From Halocafeteria seosinensis (taxonomy: Eukaryota), in contig LVLI01000211.1 in assembly GCA_001687465.1 (NCBI GenBank), positions 1 to 57,631 on the forward strand: a stretch of DNA of 57,631 bases, in the 5' to 3' direction. The notes under the pieces are model-generated. The model was not told the origin of the DNA. It was given only the letters and a program-made list of their open reading frames with translations, and made no database searches. Shown here one piece after another: positions 42,701 through 55,360 of this stretch (positions within the stretch are counted from its first letter, which is position 1; each line of letters begins with the position of its first letter). The translations under genes and the position numbers were made by a program.

Positions 42701-45700
42701 CTGAAGCAATTGCGAGAGCGTGGATTTAACCAATTAGTTCTGTGGGCATGTCCTCCAAAAGAAGGCGATGACTACATCATCTACTGCCACCCATTAGAAC
42801 ATAGGACCCCCAAAGATGTTTTGCTGCAAAACTGGTATCTCGCGATGCTAGAAAAAGCGCAGTCTCAAGGTATTGTCGAAAGATTGACCTGGTTACCCGA
42901 CGATTATTGGCCATCGTGCTATGGAACTGAGGGTGGATACGACCGAGATATTACTCAAGTACCCTACTTTGAAGGCGACTATTGGCCTCGGATTGTGGAA
43001 GACGAATGTAAGGAATATACGAACAAGGCACAACCTGGTCCGGGACCTGACCTCCAAATGAACACCAGGAGCCCTAAGGGTGGGAATGCTGGTTCCGTCC
43101 CCAATCAAAGTGGAGAATTGGTTTCATCGACTGTATCTCAACCTCCTTTACAAACTCAAAATTCAGATGGTGACCATACGGATAATGGGAAAGAGTGTGA
43201 GTCTTACAATCATACGAATGGTGTTAATCCAACGGGCAGCGATAGTGACTCAGATTTAGATTTCCTAGAGGAAGATGATGCCGATCCGCACCCGACTCAG
43301 CCTGAGGGGCAGCAGCAGAATGGGGAGACTTCTGATTCCGGTGGTCAAGTTGGCGGCAAGCCTCCCCCTCCACCACCGCCTCCACCCACTGAGAATGCAG
43401 GGAAAACGCCCCCTCCCGGAGTTGAAAAACCCCACACCAAAGTTCCGAAAAAGTCTGGAGCAGGTAGTAACAGTACGTATAAAGGGAAAAACCGAAAACG
43501 CACCAAGGGTGAAGTCAAACCAGTGGGAGGTAATGGGGATATGCTACCGGAAGACCAAGTTCGCGACAAAGTGGTGCAGCAACTAACTCAGACGAGCGCA
43601 TATTTATCGCGAAGTTTCATCATCGTTAAGTTGCGTCCGTCTTGTCAGGTATTCAAGCACTACATTCCTGTTGACCAGGGGTACTATAAATATATTGGAG
43701 CTCCAACAAAAGCGGTTGGTGAGGCGGGACTAGCTGCCGGAAAACACCCTCTCTACGGCCCCGATGGATCGATTCGCGGAACGACTTCACCTCCCTTTAG
43801 TGACTCCCAAAGAAATGGTCCGAAGAACAGTAAAGGGAAGCATAAACGTCAGAATCGCAAGGAAGAATTTCTGAAATCCTTAGCGTCTCGTCAACAACAT
43901 ATTTGCTGCCTGTCTAAAGAAGCGTGGAACCTCAGTGATGAACAATTGATCGCAGCACTCGGAAAGCACCCCGTCGCACAAGAATTTCAAAGGTCCCACT
44001 TTGTGTACGTCCCCTATAGCACGAACCCCCATGATGAACGAATTCTAGGTGAAGCAAGGAAGAAGTCTGACCAGGTCAAGAAAGAAGGTGATGATAGTTC
44101 GGTACAGGTAGCTGCTGGAGCGTCCAACGATCAGGAACACAGCGAAGCAAACCCAGTGCATTTGAAGCAGCACTCCATTATCCTGGATGCTGACAAGGCT
44201 GTCAATAATGATATTTTTGCAACGAGACAGTTATTTCTGGATTTGTGTCGAAATAATAATTTTCAGTTTGATCAATTACGGCGCGCAAAGTATAGCTCTA
44301 TGATGATCCTGCATCATTTGCACAACCCGGATGCTCCAGCTTTCGTGCACCTTTGCAATCTGTGTCAAGGTCTTATTCATACCGGGAGCAGATTTACCTG
44401 CAATATCTGTGAGGATGTTGACTATTGTAACGTTTGCAAGGATAAAGCGCAGCATCCTCATAGACTGCAGGAATACAACGTTAATGGAAGCCTAAGCCAT
44501 TTGAACTATGGTCGAGACACGTTGCTAGTGGTTTCGCCCCATGATAAGCGGCGGAGCTTGTCGTCTTTGCGATCAGACGTAGCTGAGCGACGAAGAGACG
44601 CATTTATGGAAGAGCTAGAGAAGGCTGCTGAAGGCATTGCTGATTCCCAGACTGATGGTTCCCAACTTTTGGCACATGTCAAGTATTATCGCTCAAATGA
44701 GGACCATGTAGCAAAGTGTGTAGACTGCTCTCGGTACAGACAGGCTGTGCGTATACATGCGCGAAGGCGTGCCCACAGGACAGCTTCCTGCAGTCTCCCC
44801 TTTTGTGACGAAGAGCGAAGGCACATCACACAAGAGCGAGATGATAGGAACCGTCGGGCTGTTACCACCCTCGCTGTTCCTCGCATTGATCGTCGCTTTT
44901 CTCGCTTGCCACACGAAGGAGATGAAGAGGATGATGAAGATGATGATGCCGAGGATGAGAATGCTAGTCAGCAAGACGAGATGGTGTCCAGCCAGGATCA
45001 ACCACCGGCGGTACAGCCCGACAGAGCCGGAAAGGCTGGTGTACCCAGTTCATCAGGTGGAAAAGGCAAAGGTTTAACACCAGGTGTACAGCCTCAGAAC
45101 GGCCCTCAGCCTCATCCGTTGACGCGACGGAGCTCCAAAGTCGCTTCTCCGCGGGACATTAGGAAGGCTGAAGAAGTACGGCGTTACATAAAAAAGCTTC
45201 CCGAACACGAAGCCAGGAAACAAGAAGAAAGGTTAAAGCATCTACGCAGTCAACTCGCTGGGCAAGGATATACGAATGAAAAAGAACTTAAGTTGAAAGC
45301 GTATGTGTACTTACATGAGTTCATTCGAAAGGAGGTACACAGGAAACGAGCTGCTGCTGCCAACGGCACTGTAACCCATGGAGGCCAAAGTGGCACTCGC
45401 GTATCATCACAGATTGTCACACCAGACCCTAGCCGTGCAGGGGTTACGACCAACGCCAACGCTGTTAATGCCGTAGGTGGCCCCGCGATACCCGTTCGCA
45501 CTGGAAACACTACAGCGGCATTCACCAACGTTACTAGACCAGTCCCGCTAAAGCTGAATGACGCTCCGGTGTCACCTCTAGACATTAACTCCCCCTACGA
45601 AGGAATACAGAGTTCGTTCGGTTGGAAGACGTCGCCTCCTTCATTTTCGCAGGTAAATGAACCTATTCACGTAGGCTCGTCTGCCGCAATGAGTGGGGCG

Positions 45701-45985
45701 CAGTCCTTTGCGCCTTCGTTCAGTGGAGCTCCTGTCGCAAGCACTGGCATCGTCGGTCTTGGCACTCAAGGCCGTCAGTCCTTCGGAACTGCGGCGACCG
45801 TAGCAACCATGCCTCAACCTAGCTTGAGTATTCCACTGAAGAGCTCCAGCACAAAGCGTTCACGAGAAAATGATTTTAGTGGTGAAAATGGTGCCCACAA
45901 CGAGAGGAGTGGGGATCTTCATTATCCTTCCCAAAACAACAGCCATCACTTCGATTCAGGACCGTCCAAAATGCCGAAGCACTGA
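39720..45985 (+). CDS. CBP/p300-like histone acetyltransferase (bromodomain, PHD, KAT11 HAT, ZZ, degenerate TAZ)
   Basis: A 44-nt intron at 40095-40138 joins the two ORFs. Bromodomain FQAPVDP..PDYYEKIPHPIDLGTI..NAMTYN; PHD EPWVECDVCERWQHMCCALF; HAT YLSYLDSV, LWACPPKEGDDYIIYCHP, LQNWY, PYFEGDYWP; QFDQLRRAKYSSMMILHHLH; ZZ CNLC..CNICEDVDYCNVC. Confidence 0.95.
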
Positions 45986-46279
45986 AGAGTAGTGGTTGTA
46001 CTGTAGTATAACTCGTCTCATTGGCTTAAAGGAAGAGGATCTCGTTCTGTGATTCCACTGTTAATAAGTAATACACGAATTGGGTCGCTTTTGTTCCAAT
46101 TGAACTTCCAATGGTACCATCAATTCTATCAACGTGCCCCCACGGTTGAACCGAGACAACGCTGGTAGACTGCAAGGTGTCTGTAGTCCCTAGCTTCTGC
46201 GTTGCATTGTTTGCACACGCAACTCTGGTCCTCATTGCCCACCCTGTGTGTATCACTCACACAATCCCCAAAACAAAAA

Positions 46280-47867
46280 ATGACGTGGATCACCCTGCTT
46301 TGTCTGTGCATAGGGGCTCTGGCAGGAAGCTGCGCTGCCTCTATCGCTGTCGATTACCCCCTGTACAAACAATGTGATTCCCAATGGGGATCCCAGTTGA
46401 TGGGGATTCCTAATGGTCAGGGCCATCGAGCTACAATTTGTCAAGAAGGATGCGCAATGAGTTCGCTCTCAATGGCTCTGTATGGCCTCGGAGTCGAGAT
46501 GGGCGGCGGCGCCGCTTCCACCCCGGGGACGTTGAACCAATGGCTCATTGACAATGACGGCTACAGGTGCTTAGCGGGAGATTGCGACAATCTCGTACTG
46601 AATGCCGTCGAACGATTGACGTCCAAACTTACCTTGATTGGAGAAAACCCGAAACCGAGTTCTCCTGTATCGGTAGCGGAAGACTTGAAAAATCAAAAGA
46701 AAGTGTTTATTGGTACGTTTTAAGTTTTTCTGGACGGAAAGCTACTGTTTCTACTCCTGTTTGGTTTGGGATGGATGCAGCGCATGTTCACCATAATGGA
46801 CACTTTGTATTGCTCACGGGATACGACAGCGCGAATGAAGCATTCTACGTCAATGATCCGTTTTACAACAGCACCGTAAGAAGTCTTCTCTCCTCGCTAG
46901 TTATTATTGGAAACACATGGAATGAAATCGTTTGGTGTATGTATTGATGACGCAGAAATACCCCTACGCCAACATTTCCGACATGATTGTCTACAAGATT
47001 AACACGAACTCGGAACCCATTCTGCAAGCGCAACCAGATGCTGTAGTACCATTCCAATACCCTTTATACAAGCAATGCGATAAGAGATGGGGACAAGATT
47101 TAATGGTACGTCGAATGTTTAGACTGAAGGTATTGGGCCTTGGAACTTGTTATCCCGAGTGTTTTGAGTCTCTCAGGTTACGGAGACCATCTGCCAGGTG
47201 GGGTGTTTGATGAGCAGCACCAGTATGGCCATTGGGGGGAAAGACTTACAGATCAATGGAGACGTCTCCAATCCAGGTACTTTGAACAAATGGCTCCGAA
47301 ATAACAACGGGTAAGACACAACTCTGGACTGCTTTTGTATTGTCGGAACAAGTAATTCATGTGAAACGTGCAGATATACCCAAGGGAACGACCTTATCGA
47401 GAGCAGAGTCTCTGGTATTAATCCTAAACACATTTCTTGGCCATCCGATGCCATGCACCCGCACAATGATATTCCATTGGAGAAGATACAGGAAATGCTT
47501 AAGAATGGTACGAGAGAATCAACGGTGCGCCGTTTCTGGACTTATCTTATTACTCTCTCGCTCGCTCTCCTGTTGCTCTTATGGCAGGGCGGCCTGTAAT
47601 CGCCAATGTAATGAAAGGTGCGCACTTTGTACTCGTTATCGGCTACAATGCCAGCAATACCGACGCACTTTTGGTCAATGATCCCGGCTTTGATCGCCAA
47701 TCGTACAGCTACTCTAGCGATGTATGTCAGATCGTGTTCTTATGTGTTTTCGAAGAGTGTAAGCGACAGGCTGTTCTTTTTTTTTTTTCTGTTGGCAGGT
47801 GGTCGGATGGCGTCTCTACAACATGACCAAACCGACTAATTTCCTCCGTGGTACAGCAGCGATGTAG
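46280..47867 (+). CDS. Secreted protein with two tandem peptidase C39-like (papain-fold) domains
   Basis: Signal peptide MTWITLLCLCIGALAGSCAA. Two copies of YPLYKQCDxxWG...TICQxGCxMSSxSMA...PGTLNxWL...HFVLxxGY...VNDP. Introns at 46713-46780, 46876-46955, 47106-47176, 47311-47373, 47508-47587 and 47722-47798. Confidence 0.85.
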
Positions 47868-47995
47868 AACATTCCTTTGAATATCCATTGATATTAAACC
47901 TAAACAAGAAATAACTTATCGTAAACGCTTGTACATTGTAACCGTTGCATTCTTTGCAATAAATACGACCAAGCAGACATTAGTTATAAATAAAC

Positions 47996-49899
47996 CTACT
48001 GCCCAAGTGAAATTGCAGCACTCATACCAGAACAACCCTCCACATTGAGTATTTTCAGAGCCGACATACCACGCAAGTGCGCTCCCCCCTGATCTGTTAT
48101 AGTCTTTATATTGCATAGATTTAGGTTTTCCAACCGAGGGCAAGAGTCGGCTATCGTCCGTATGACCGTGTCGTCAACTGTTCTACAGTATCCAAGATCC
48201 AAAACCCTCAACTGAGGACCCACAACCCGCACGAAGTCGCAGAAACCTGGAGCAGATATTCCCCGTAAGCCCCGCGTGCGCAACACTTGTAAGTTGGACA
48301 AAGATCCATTCGTCATCCATCCCAAATGTGTATCACTAACAAGCCGATTCCCCAACATTGTATCCCTAGAAGAAATATCCAGCTCATGTAAGTGTGGGCA
48401 ATGGAAGGCGATCGAGCGCATGAGCCGATCCACTGAGTGTTGATCCTGAAGCCATTTGATTCCAGCAATTCTTAAACTAACAAGCGAGTGCTTTGATTTC
48501 TCCAAATATTCGGCAACAGACGCAATGGAAACTCCAGTGCAACTCGTCACATTGAGGTGGTTTAGCTTAACGTCTTCCTCCGCACAAAAGCGAAGAGTGT
48601 CATCCGAAATAAGCCGACACCGCGCAATATTCAAATCTCGGAGCTGTGTGTTGTGTCTTATAAGGTTTTGCAGACTGGTATCATCCATCTTAGCGACTCC
48701 ATCCAAGCATAGAACCTCTAGCTTCCTCGTGTATCTAAGCAAGCTGTACACCAGGTCTCCCGAGATCCTCTTCATTCCACTTAGATCAACTTTTACTAAA
48801 TTTGTGAGGTAAAGGGAGCCCAGATCCACTGCAACAGAAGCATGGTTAAATAATAACCAAGGGTTCCCAACGACGTGTTCACACTACATTGCCAAATCAA
48901 AACGTACAATCACGAGTCGTTGGCTCAAATTTCGGAGCCCTCAGCGACAGAGAATTAATCGAAGGAGAACGCTTCGCCAACAAATTGATCATGGAGTTAC
49001 TTTTCTTTCCCGTGTCCGAAGTATCAGAAATAACTATCTGTATCTACCAGACGACTTAAACGTGTAATAGCGTTTGGAATAGCACTATATACGTCTTGAC
49101 ATACCTGTCTCCATAACTTGGGAGAGTTGGCTAGAAAATTCCATCGTCGGCATACCTGAGCAGCAGCAAGCAGGGATCCCTTGTCCAGGAAAGAGAATAT
49201 CTCCTGGATAATCATTATGTCTGGAAACGCGCTGAACAAACAGTTGCAGCAAGGGTTCCAAATCCCGCAGCGGCTATGAAGGTCCGCACAGCAGCTATAC
49301 TGTCCGCGATCAGCACATCTGAACGAATGGCTACGCGCTCTTCCTCTCTTCATCGCCTCCCTACTTTCTTCATTTGCTTTCTTCTGTGGTTTTTCAAGTT
49401 CATGGTGTTGTGCCAGCAGTGATAGAGTAGAAAAAGACGGCACAGAATTCCCACTCTTGGATCGGAAGGATAAATCAGATTCTGGACCCTTGGCCCGTTT
49501 CTGTTGGCTGAGTGCATTTTGCTGCCCCATAAAGACTTGATATTGACTGTGGGAGCAGCATCCTGTGCAGTCATCGAGATGGCGATGGGAATGCGGTCCA
49601 CTGACGTCAGCGCCTTCCAATGTTGTCGGTTCTACACCAGTCTTTTTTCCATGTTGTTTCTGCCGACAAGAAGGACACTCTTGCGTCGAGTCAATGGGAT
49701 CGAAATAGTGGTAGAAAGAAGGTGAAAACCCCATAGTTTCATCGTGTACAGCCTCTTGAGAGGCTTCCCCAAGAGGAGACGAAGGCGCTGGAAGCCTCGT
49801 ATACAGCTGTGGCCACAATTCAGGCTCTTCCTGTGGAGGGCAAGCACTTGAACCTAGCGACATGCCTTCCTCCCTGTGGTCCTGGGGCAGTATTTCCAT
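47996..49899 (-). CDS. F-box/leucine-rich-repeat protein (FBXL-type)
   Basis: F-box FPDIMIIQEIFSFLDKGSLLAAAQVCRRWNFLANSPKLWRQ, followed by cysteine-containing LRRs (LRDLNIARCRLISD, LRVLDLGYCRTVDD, LENLNLCNIKTITD). Introns at 49038-49104 and ~48830-48907. The exact 3' end is uncertain. Confidence 0.88.
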
Positions 49900-50336
49900 G
49901 GTTATAGCGTGTAAAAGAGCCCACAAAGTGGATCTCAGGATCCAGCGGAAACTCTAGTTTTTCGTTCCCTTCTATCCAACCACTGGTCGACTAATTCTGC
50001 ATTTACTACGTAACACTGATGACCACTATAACGTCACTAATTCTACTGATCAATTCAGTTACGAATACCACTTATATAAGCCAATAAAGAGTTTCCCTAA
50101 AATTCCCGACTCTTCCCCTCCAGCAGTCCCTTCAATTTTCTTTTTGTTATTTCTTTATGAGATTCCGCGCACTCCGACTCTAACTTCAACTTGCCGCATA
50201 CAATGAACTTCACAACTCCTCTATCATGCTTTATAGCCTCGTATAGGAGGTTGCACACGGAAGAAGTATAGTTAAACTATGGGCCTGAAGCAGTTCCAGT
50301 GAGTAATCACCAGTTTGTGCCGCTTCGTAGTGAGCG

Positions 50337-51841
50337 ATGCAACGTGTGATGCTGAAGACCGTCCGGAGAAGCTCGAGCGCCATCACAAGACGGCTATTAT
50401 CGACGCAAACTGCGTATTATGGCCACCGCAGAAGCGATCACTCCTCATCACGGAGTTGGACCGCCAGACGAATAGCATATGGGGCTCTAGCATTTGCTGC
50501 TGGCAGTTCATTCGTCAACACAGAGCAGCAGGAAGACAGAAAAAGTCAGCTGGTGCATCCAAAGTCTGCTAGTGGAATCTATCAAAGACTTTTACCCTGT
50601 GTTTGCAAGGTTGTCGGATTCCAGCACAGTATGCAAGGTAAGCAAAATGCTAATTTAATGCTGTATTCAATAAGAATGTCGGTTTTCATCGTCCAGATGG
50701 GTCGAGGAATGTTGCCTCTGGCAGCGGCTTCGTCATTTCTCAAGACGGACTTGTCGCCACAAACCACCACGTGTTGCACGGATTTGAGAGCCGCCCAGGG
50801 ACAAAGATCAAGCTCATGTTCGATGATGGAAGAGTATACTTTGGTCAAAGGGTTGCTAGTGACTCAAACAGTGACATTGGGCTAATCAAAATAGTGCCTC
50901 GGTTCGAAGGTGAAAAGTTTAGTACGGTGAGCATAGGTAAGTAAAACGTGTCATCTGTGCGATGACCCGCAAGGTGTCGTTTAGCTAGGTGATACATGGT
51001 TGGTCTGCTTATAACAGGAGACTCAACGAAGCTTACTCCCGGCGACTCTGTAACTGTGGTGGGCTGTCCTCTTGGGGGGCGTATCAGTTTCAGTTGCGGA
51101 GTACTGACTTCAAAATATTACGGAGCAGACGATCACGTGCTGAACTCAGTACGTCCTTTGAGTGGGGCTTATTCGTTTCTCCAGTTCGATGCGGACATCA
51201 TCACCGGCAATAGTGGAGGGCCCGTTGTCGATAGAGAAGGGAACGTAGTTGGTGTTGCTTGTAAGTGCATAGATGTTTGGGCCCAAGTACGTCGCGAATC
51301 TTCAACTTCTTTCTGCACAGGTGCCTCGAAAGGAGTACAAGGGGTCGGTAACGTTTACCTTGGAATATCCATGGAAGATGCATGGCCTATAATTCAACAG
51401 CTGAGAAAAGAGGGTCAGCTAACTCGATCATGGGTTGGCCTGCGAGTGATTCGTAAGTGGTGCTAGTTGCGCTCTAAGTATCGAATGCATAACTATGCAC
51501 ATAACTGCTGTACAGCATGTGATCGTCTGGACTGGGAATTAATGAGAGAGCGGAGCAAGAAGAATGTTGCGCCGTTCCCAAAAGAAAGACACTCAGGCCT
51601 AATGGTGGAAGATGTAGTGCGTGATAGCGCAGCCGAAGAGGCAGGCATCCAACCTGGTGATATAATATTTTCGGTCAATGGTAATCCGACAATTTTCAAA
51701 GGCGATTTGTTTGCCGCAATAGGGCCTGTGCATGAGGAAAACAATACTTTGAGACTCAAAGTGTTTCGACCACTTACCAAAGACGGAAAGGGTCAAACAC
51801 TCGAGGTGTCTCTGCAGCCGCGCAAATTATCTCCCAAGTGA
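50337..51841 (+). CDS. HtrA/DegP-family serine protease with one PDZ domain, probably mitochondrial (HtrA2-like)
   Basis: Arg/Ser-rich presequence MQRVMLKTVRRSSSAITRRLLST. Catalytic triad motifs GSGFVI..VATNHHV, DIGLIKI and GNSGGP. PDZ GLMVEDVVRDSAAEEAGIQPGDIIFSVNG. Introns at 50638-50696, 50937-51017 and 51453-51515. Confidence 0.92.
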
Positions 51842-52858
51842 AACTACTTGCCCTTCTTCCAACGAGGTAGAGATGAACTCTGCACATGGACAAACGTTGT
51901 ACCGTCGACGGACCGGGCCCATCCATAGAAACCGGAATACAGTAGTTACATACAACACCGCGGAGGGGAGTCAGATTCTGTGAGCGTGTCCAGATAGTTA
52001 CTCAATCCTCATGACGCAATCTACGGTTTCAATCCACCAAATCAGTTGCGCAGTGCTCTCCATTTTGTGGAATTCTTGCAAAAGGCTCAAATTTCTCCAA
52101 ACGATTCCAAATCGGTTGAAGAGCACTTTCCGCACATACTTTACACATACTTTACAAAATGAACCAAGCTTGTTTTCCGCACTCCGTGCTTCAAACCTCT
52201 CTAGTACACACTGTTCCGTACTACTTGATAGCCAAGGTGCAGCCCTGTAGCTTCATACGCAGTAGCAGGAGGAACTGGCATAAGCGTACAGGGACCAGAG
52301 ACTCTCCATTGTCGTTAATACTGCGTACAAAGGAAAGTTTGTTCTATTGTATTATCCCGACTTGCCTCCTTCGTCCATCGCATAGAGGTGAGAGGCGATC
52401 CCAAGGGCTATCAAGGTAAGTAGCAACCTTCCCATCCTTTCAGCTTATAGAACCTGAGGCACTTTTCCACCACATGAGTCTAGGAATGCTGTCAGCGTTG
52501 TTCGGACGAATAGGGAAAACGAGGAAAGTACAAAAAGTATTTCTCAGGGACCGTCAAAGGGGGGTCTCAGAGCCATGTGCTTGCGCTGTTATTCGTCGTT
52601 AGGTCTAAAAACGGGGTATTTATCCATATCACAGTGATGTGGACTAGTGGTTGATGCTTGCCAATGCCCTGTTGGTCTTGTATTTAGTTTGTGGAGGGCG
52701 TGAGGAAGGGGTTTTGGTCACCTAACCGTCGGGTTTGCGAAAGAAAAAGACGCCTGGTCTAGTTCATGGATATTTTCCTTGCGTTGTGCAGAAAATTGAA
52801 CGTAGCATAAGTACCCGCTCTTTTGGTGTTGAACCAGTAGTGCGTTAGGCTCCTTAGG

Positions 52859-55360
52859 ATGGAACAGTATCCTCAGGCGGATCGACAGCACCGAGCGAGT
52901 GATGCCAGCGGTGGCAGTGCCACCTTGGCTAATCTCATGGCGCCTCCTCCAGAGGCCGTCCAAGAGCAGCAAGGTGGCGGTCTAAACCTGGAGAACACAG
53001 GAATTAGATATGGCTTTGACAACCGATTCTCGGCGGGAAGTGCTCAAGAGTTTTGGAACGCTCCCCGCGCCCGACTTCTTTCATCGTCTTCCATGATGTC
53101 CAACTCCTCTGTTCATAGTGGTATGTTTGTTCCCTCGTCACCAGGGAATAGACAAGCACAACCCAATACTCGAGCTTCCTATGACATGGGTGGAAACAAG
53201 GATAATGAGTTTCAATTGGACCCGTATGAAAGGCAGTATCCGCAGAGAAGTCGACTGGACTCTGCTCTTAGCGGTGGTGCATACGAAGCGGCGGAACGGG
53301 CTAGAAGCCGAAGCAATAATTTTTATCCTGAAAGACCGAAAGATGAAGGATCCGACCGAGAGACTGATGCTTCCGGTGCCATTGGCGCCGAGGAAGAGGA
53401 AGGCGGGCGAAAGAGACTTCTTTCGCATGGGAGTTTAGCCACAGTCTATGACGCGTGTAAAGTCGTGGAGGGTAACGACGAAATGAGCACTTTCGAGATG
53501 GAAGATGCAGAAAAGGGCGCGGAAACGAAGAATCGTCCTGATAACAGGCGAAGGTCGAGTGTCGGTGAGTTCGGTAGCTTCAGAGGGTCGTTCGATGCAG
53601 ATCAGCCTGCAAATACTAATCCTATGGGATTTAGCGACTTTGGGAACGGAGAAGTGTACGGTCGCCAACGAAGCAGAACCTCTAGTTATGGAGGATTCCT
53701 GGAAGCATCCGATGACTCGTTTAGCTCCGGTGACGAGGACGACCACAACACACGTGGTCACGGGAGTCGGCAGCCGAAAACGTACCGCTCCACCAGTGAT
53801 GCTGATTCTGAAAGGCTTCAAACCCTTTTGGCGGCCAGTGCAGCGACTCAGAGTCCGATGTCCTCGGACAGGAGGCACTACGATACACGCCCGCGAACTA
53901 AACCGCGCAGCTCCACTCAGGAATTAGAAAACTTAGCCGAGGTTTCGAGTTCTCTGAGCAAGATGCCTAGCACCCCTGGACAATTCAAATGGAGCATTCC
54001 GTATGCAGAATTACCCACAGTGAAGACTATCGCAGGCCCAGGACTCAGATCTGGTTTTGAACATCAAGGCGTGATTAACGATAAAATGGGGTTCAAAGTC
54101 CGTATTAAGGCACCCAGACCGTTTCAACAAAGGCTGAGTGCCTGTGGTGGTTCAGGTATGGTATCCTCCTACGTGGAGCAAATCCTTGCTCATGCTAGAG
54201 CCAACAATGACTCAAATTCTGATTCACAACTCGACTACGCGCAAACGGATACGTTTTCGTTGACTCCTGATAGATATGGGTCTAACAAGAAGCCAACCCG
54301 TAAGGCCAAGGCAGCAGCTTCCCGCACTACGTCGAAACCCCAGACTCCCCCTGCCAAAAAGAGGAAAGCTGCTTCTCAGCCTCCCTCTTCTGTTTCTACC
54401 GGCCCGAAGAGAGGAGGAGCTCGGCAGAAAACGGCCAGACCTCCATCAAATAACACGTACACAGTTACCGATGATAATCGGCTGGTAAACAATCCCCCCG
54501 AGGGATACTTGGACGCGGATCAGGTAGCAAGCAGTCTAGCTAAAGCTGCTGTTCCCCACAAGTTAGATCATATCATGAAACTCAAGCGTTGGGTATACGA
54601 TCACTGGAGCCATCCATATCCCTCACCCGAGGAAAAACAGGACTTACTGAAGGAACTGAGTGGCTCTTTCAATTCAACCCAATTGAAAGACTGGTTTCGA
54701 AATGAGAGGAAGCGCTACTGGAGACCTTTCCAGGATAGCCAAGCTTGGGAGCACTCAGAGCATGCTCGAAAGGATGCAATGAAAAACGCTGCAAGCAACA
54801 GGAGTTCAGATTACGGTAGGCAAGTGCGAAATCATCGGAGCAACGGGAGTGATGCGTCTGCCAATTATCGGCCTACCGGCAGCTCTAGAACGAGTAACAC
54901 CTCCAAGGGGTTATCCACCAGGAGCACGGCCGGCTCGTTTCCGATTTCTCGAGCACACTACTACGAAGATGATAATAATTTCGTCACCAGCATAAGAACT
55001 TCGACTGTGCAGCAAAGAAATCGAGATGGGTGCGATGATCCGGAAGGAGTCTTGCGAAACGGTACTCTGACTTTCTCGGCCCTTCAAGACGTTGCAGATT
55101 ATTCGTTGGCTCGCGCTTGTTCCGAAGAAAGGCTATCGTTGCAGCCAGATGAACGTAAGCAAGTTCAACGGGACTTGTTCAGTCGGCTTGTTTCAAAACA
55201 GCGCTCTGATGGCGCAACAGCCGTGGACGAACTCAAAGAGATTGCTTTGAAGATACGCGAAGTCAGAGAGCATCAGAGGAAACCGGATTTCTCTCCTGGT
55301 ATAGCGTTGAATGAAGCGAGAGCATCTCTCAACAAGTACATCAACATTCAAAGCAAATGA
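52859..55360 (+). CDS. TALE-class (Homeobox_KN) homeodomain transcription factor
   Basis: Single 833-aa ORF, mostly low-complexity, containing LKRWVYDHWSHPYPSPEEKQDL...QLKDWFRNERKRYWRP with the TALE PYP loop. Confidence 0.88.
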   Translation: MEQYPQADRQHRASDASGGSATLANLMAPPPEAVQEQQGGGLNLENTGIRYGFDNRFSAGSAQEFWNAPRARLLSSSSMMSNSSVHSGMFVPSSPGNRQAQPNTRASYDMGGNKDNEFQLDPYERQYPQRSRLDSALSGGAYEAAERARSRSNNFYPERPKDEGSDRETDASGAIGAEEEEGGRKRLLSHGSLATVYDACKVVEGNDEMSTFEMEDAEKGAETKNRPDNRRRSSVGEFGSFRGSFDADQPANTNPMGFSDFGNGEVYGRQRSRTSSYGGFLEASDDSFSSGDEDDHNTRGHGSRQPKTYRSTSDADSERLQTLLAASAATQSPMSSDRRHYDTRPRTKPRSSTQELENLAEVSSSLSKMPSTPGQFKWSIPYAELPTVKTIAGPGLRSGFEHQGVINDKMGFKVRIKAPRPFQQRLSACGGSGMVSSYVEQILAHARANNDSNSDSQLDYAQTDTFSLTPDRYGSNKKPTRKAKAAASRTTSKPQTPPAKKRKAASQPPSSVSTGPKRGGARQKTARPPSNNTYTVTDDNRLVNNPPEGYLDADQVASSLAKAAVPHKLDHIMKLKRWVYDHWSHPYPSPEEKQDLLKELSGSFNSTQLKDWFRNERKRYWRPFQDSQAWEHSEHARKDAMKNAASNRSSDYGRQVRNHRSNGSDASANYRPTGSSRTSNTSKGLSTRSTAGSFPISRAHYYEDDNNFVTSIRTSTVQQRNRDGCDDPEGVLRNGTLTFSALQDVADYSLARACSEERLSLQPDERKQVQRDLFSRLVSKQRSDGATAVDELKEIALKIREVREHQRKPDFSPGIALNEARASLNKYINIQSK

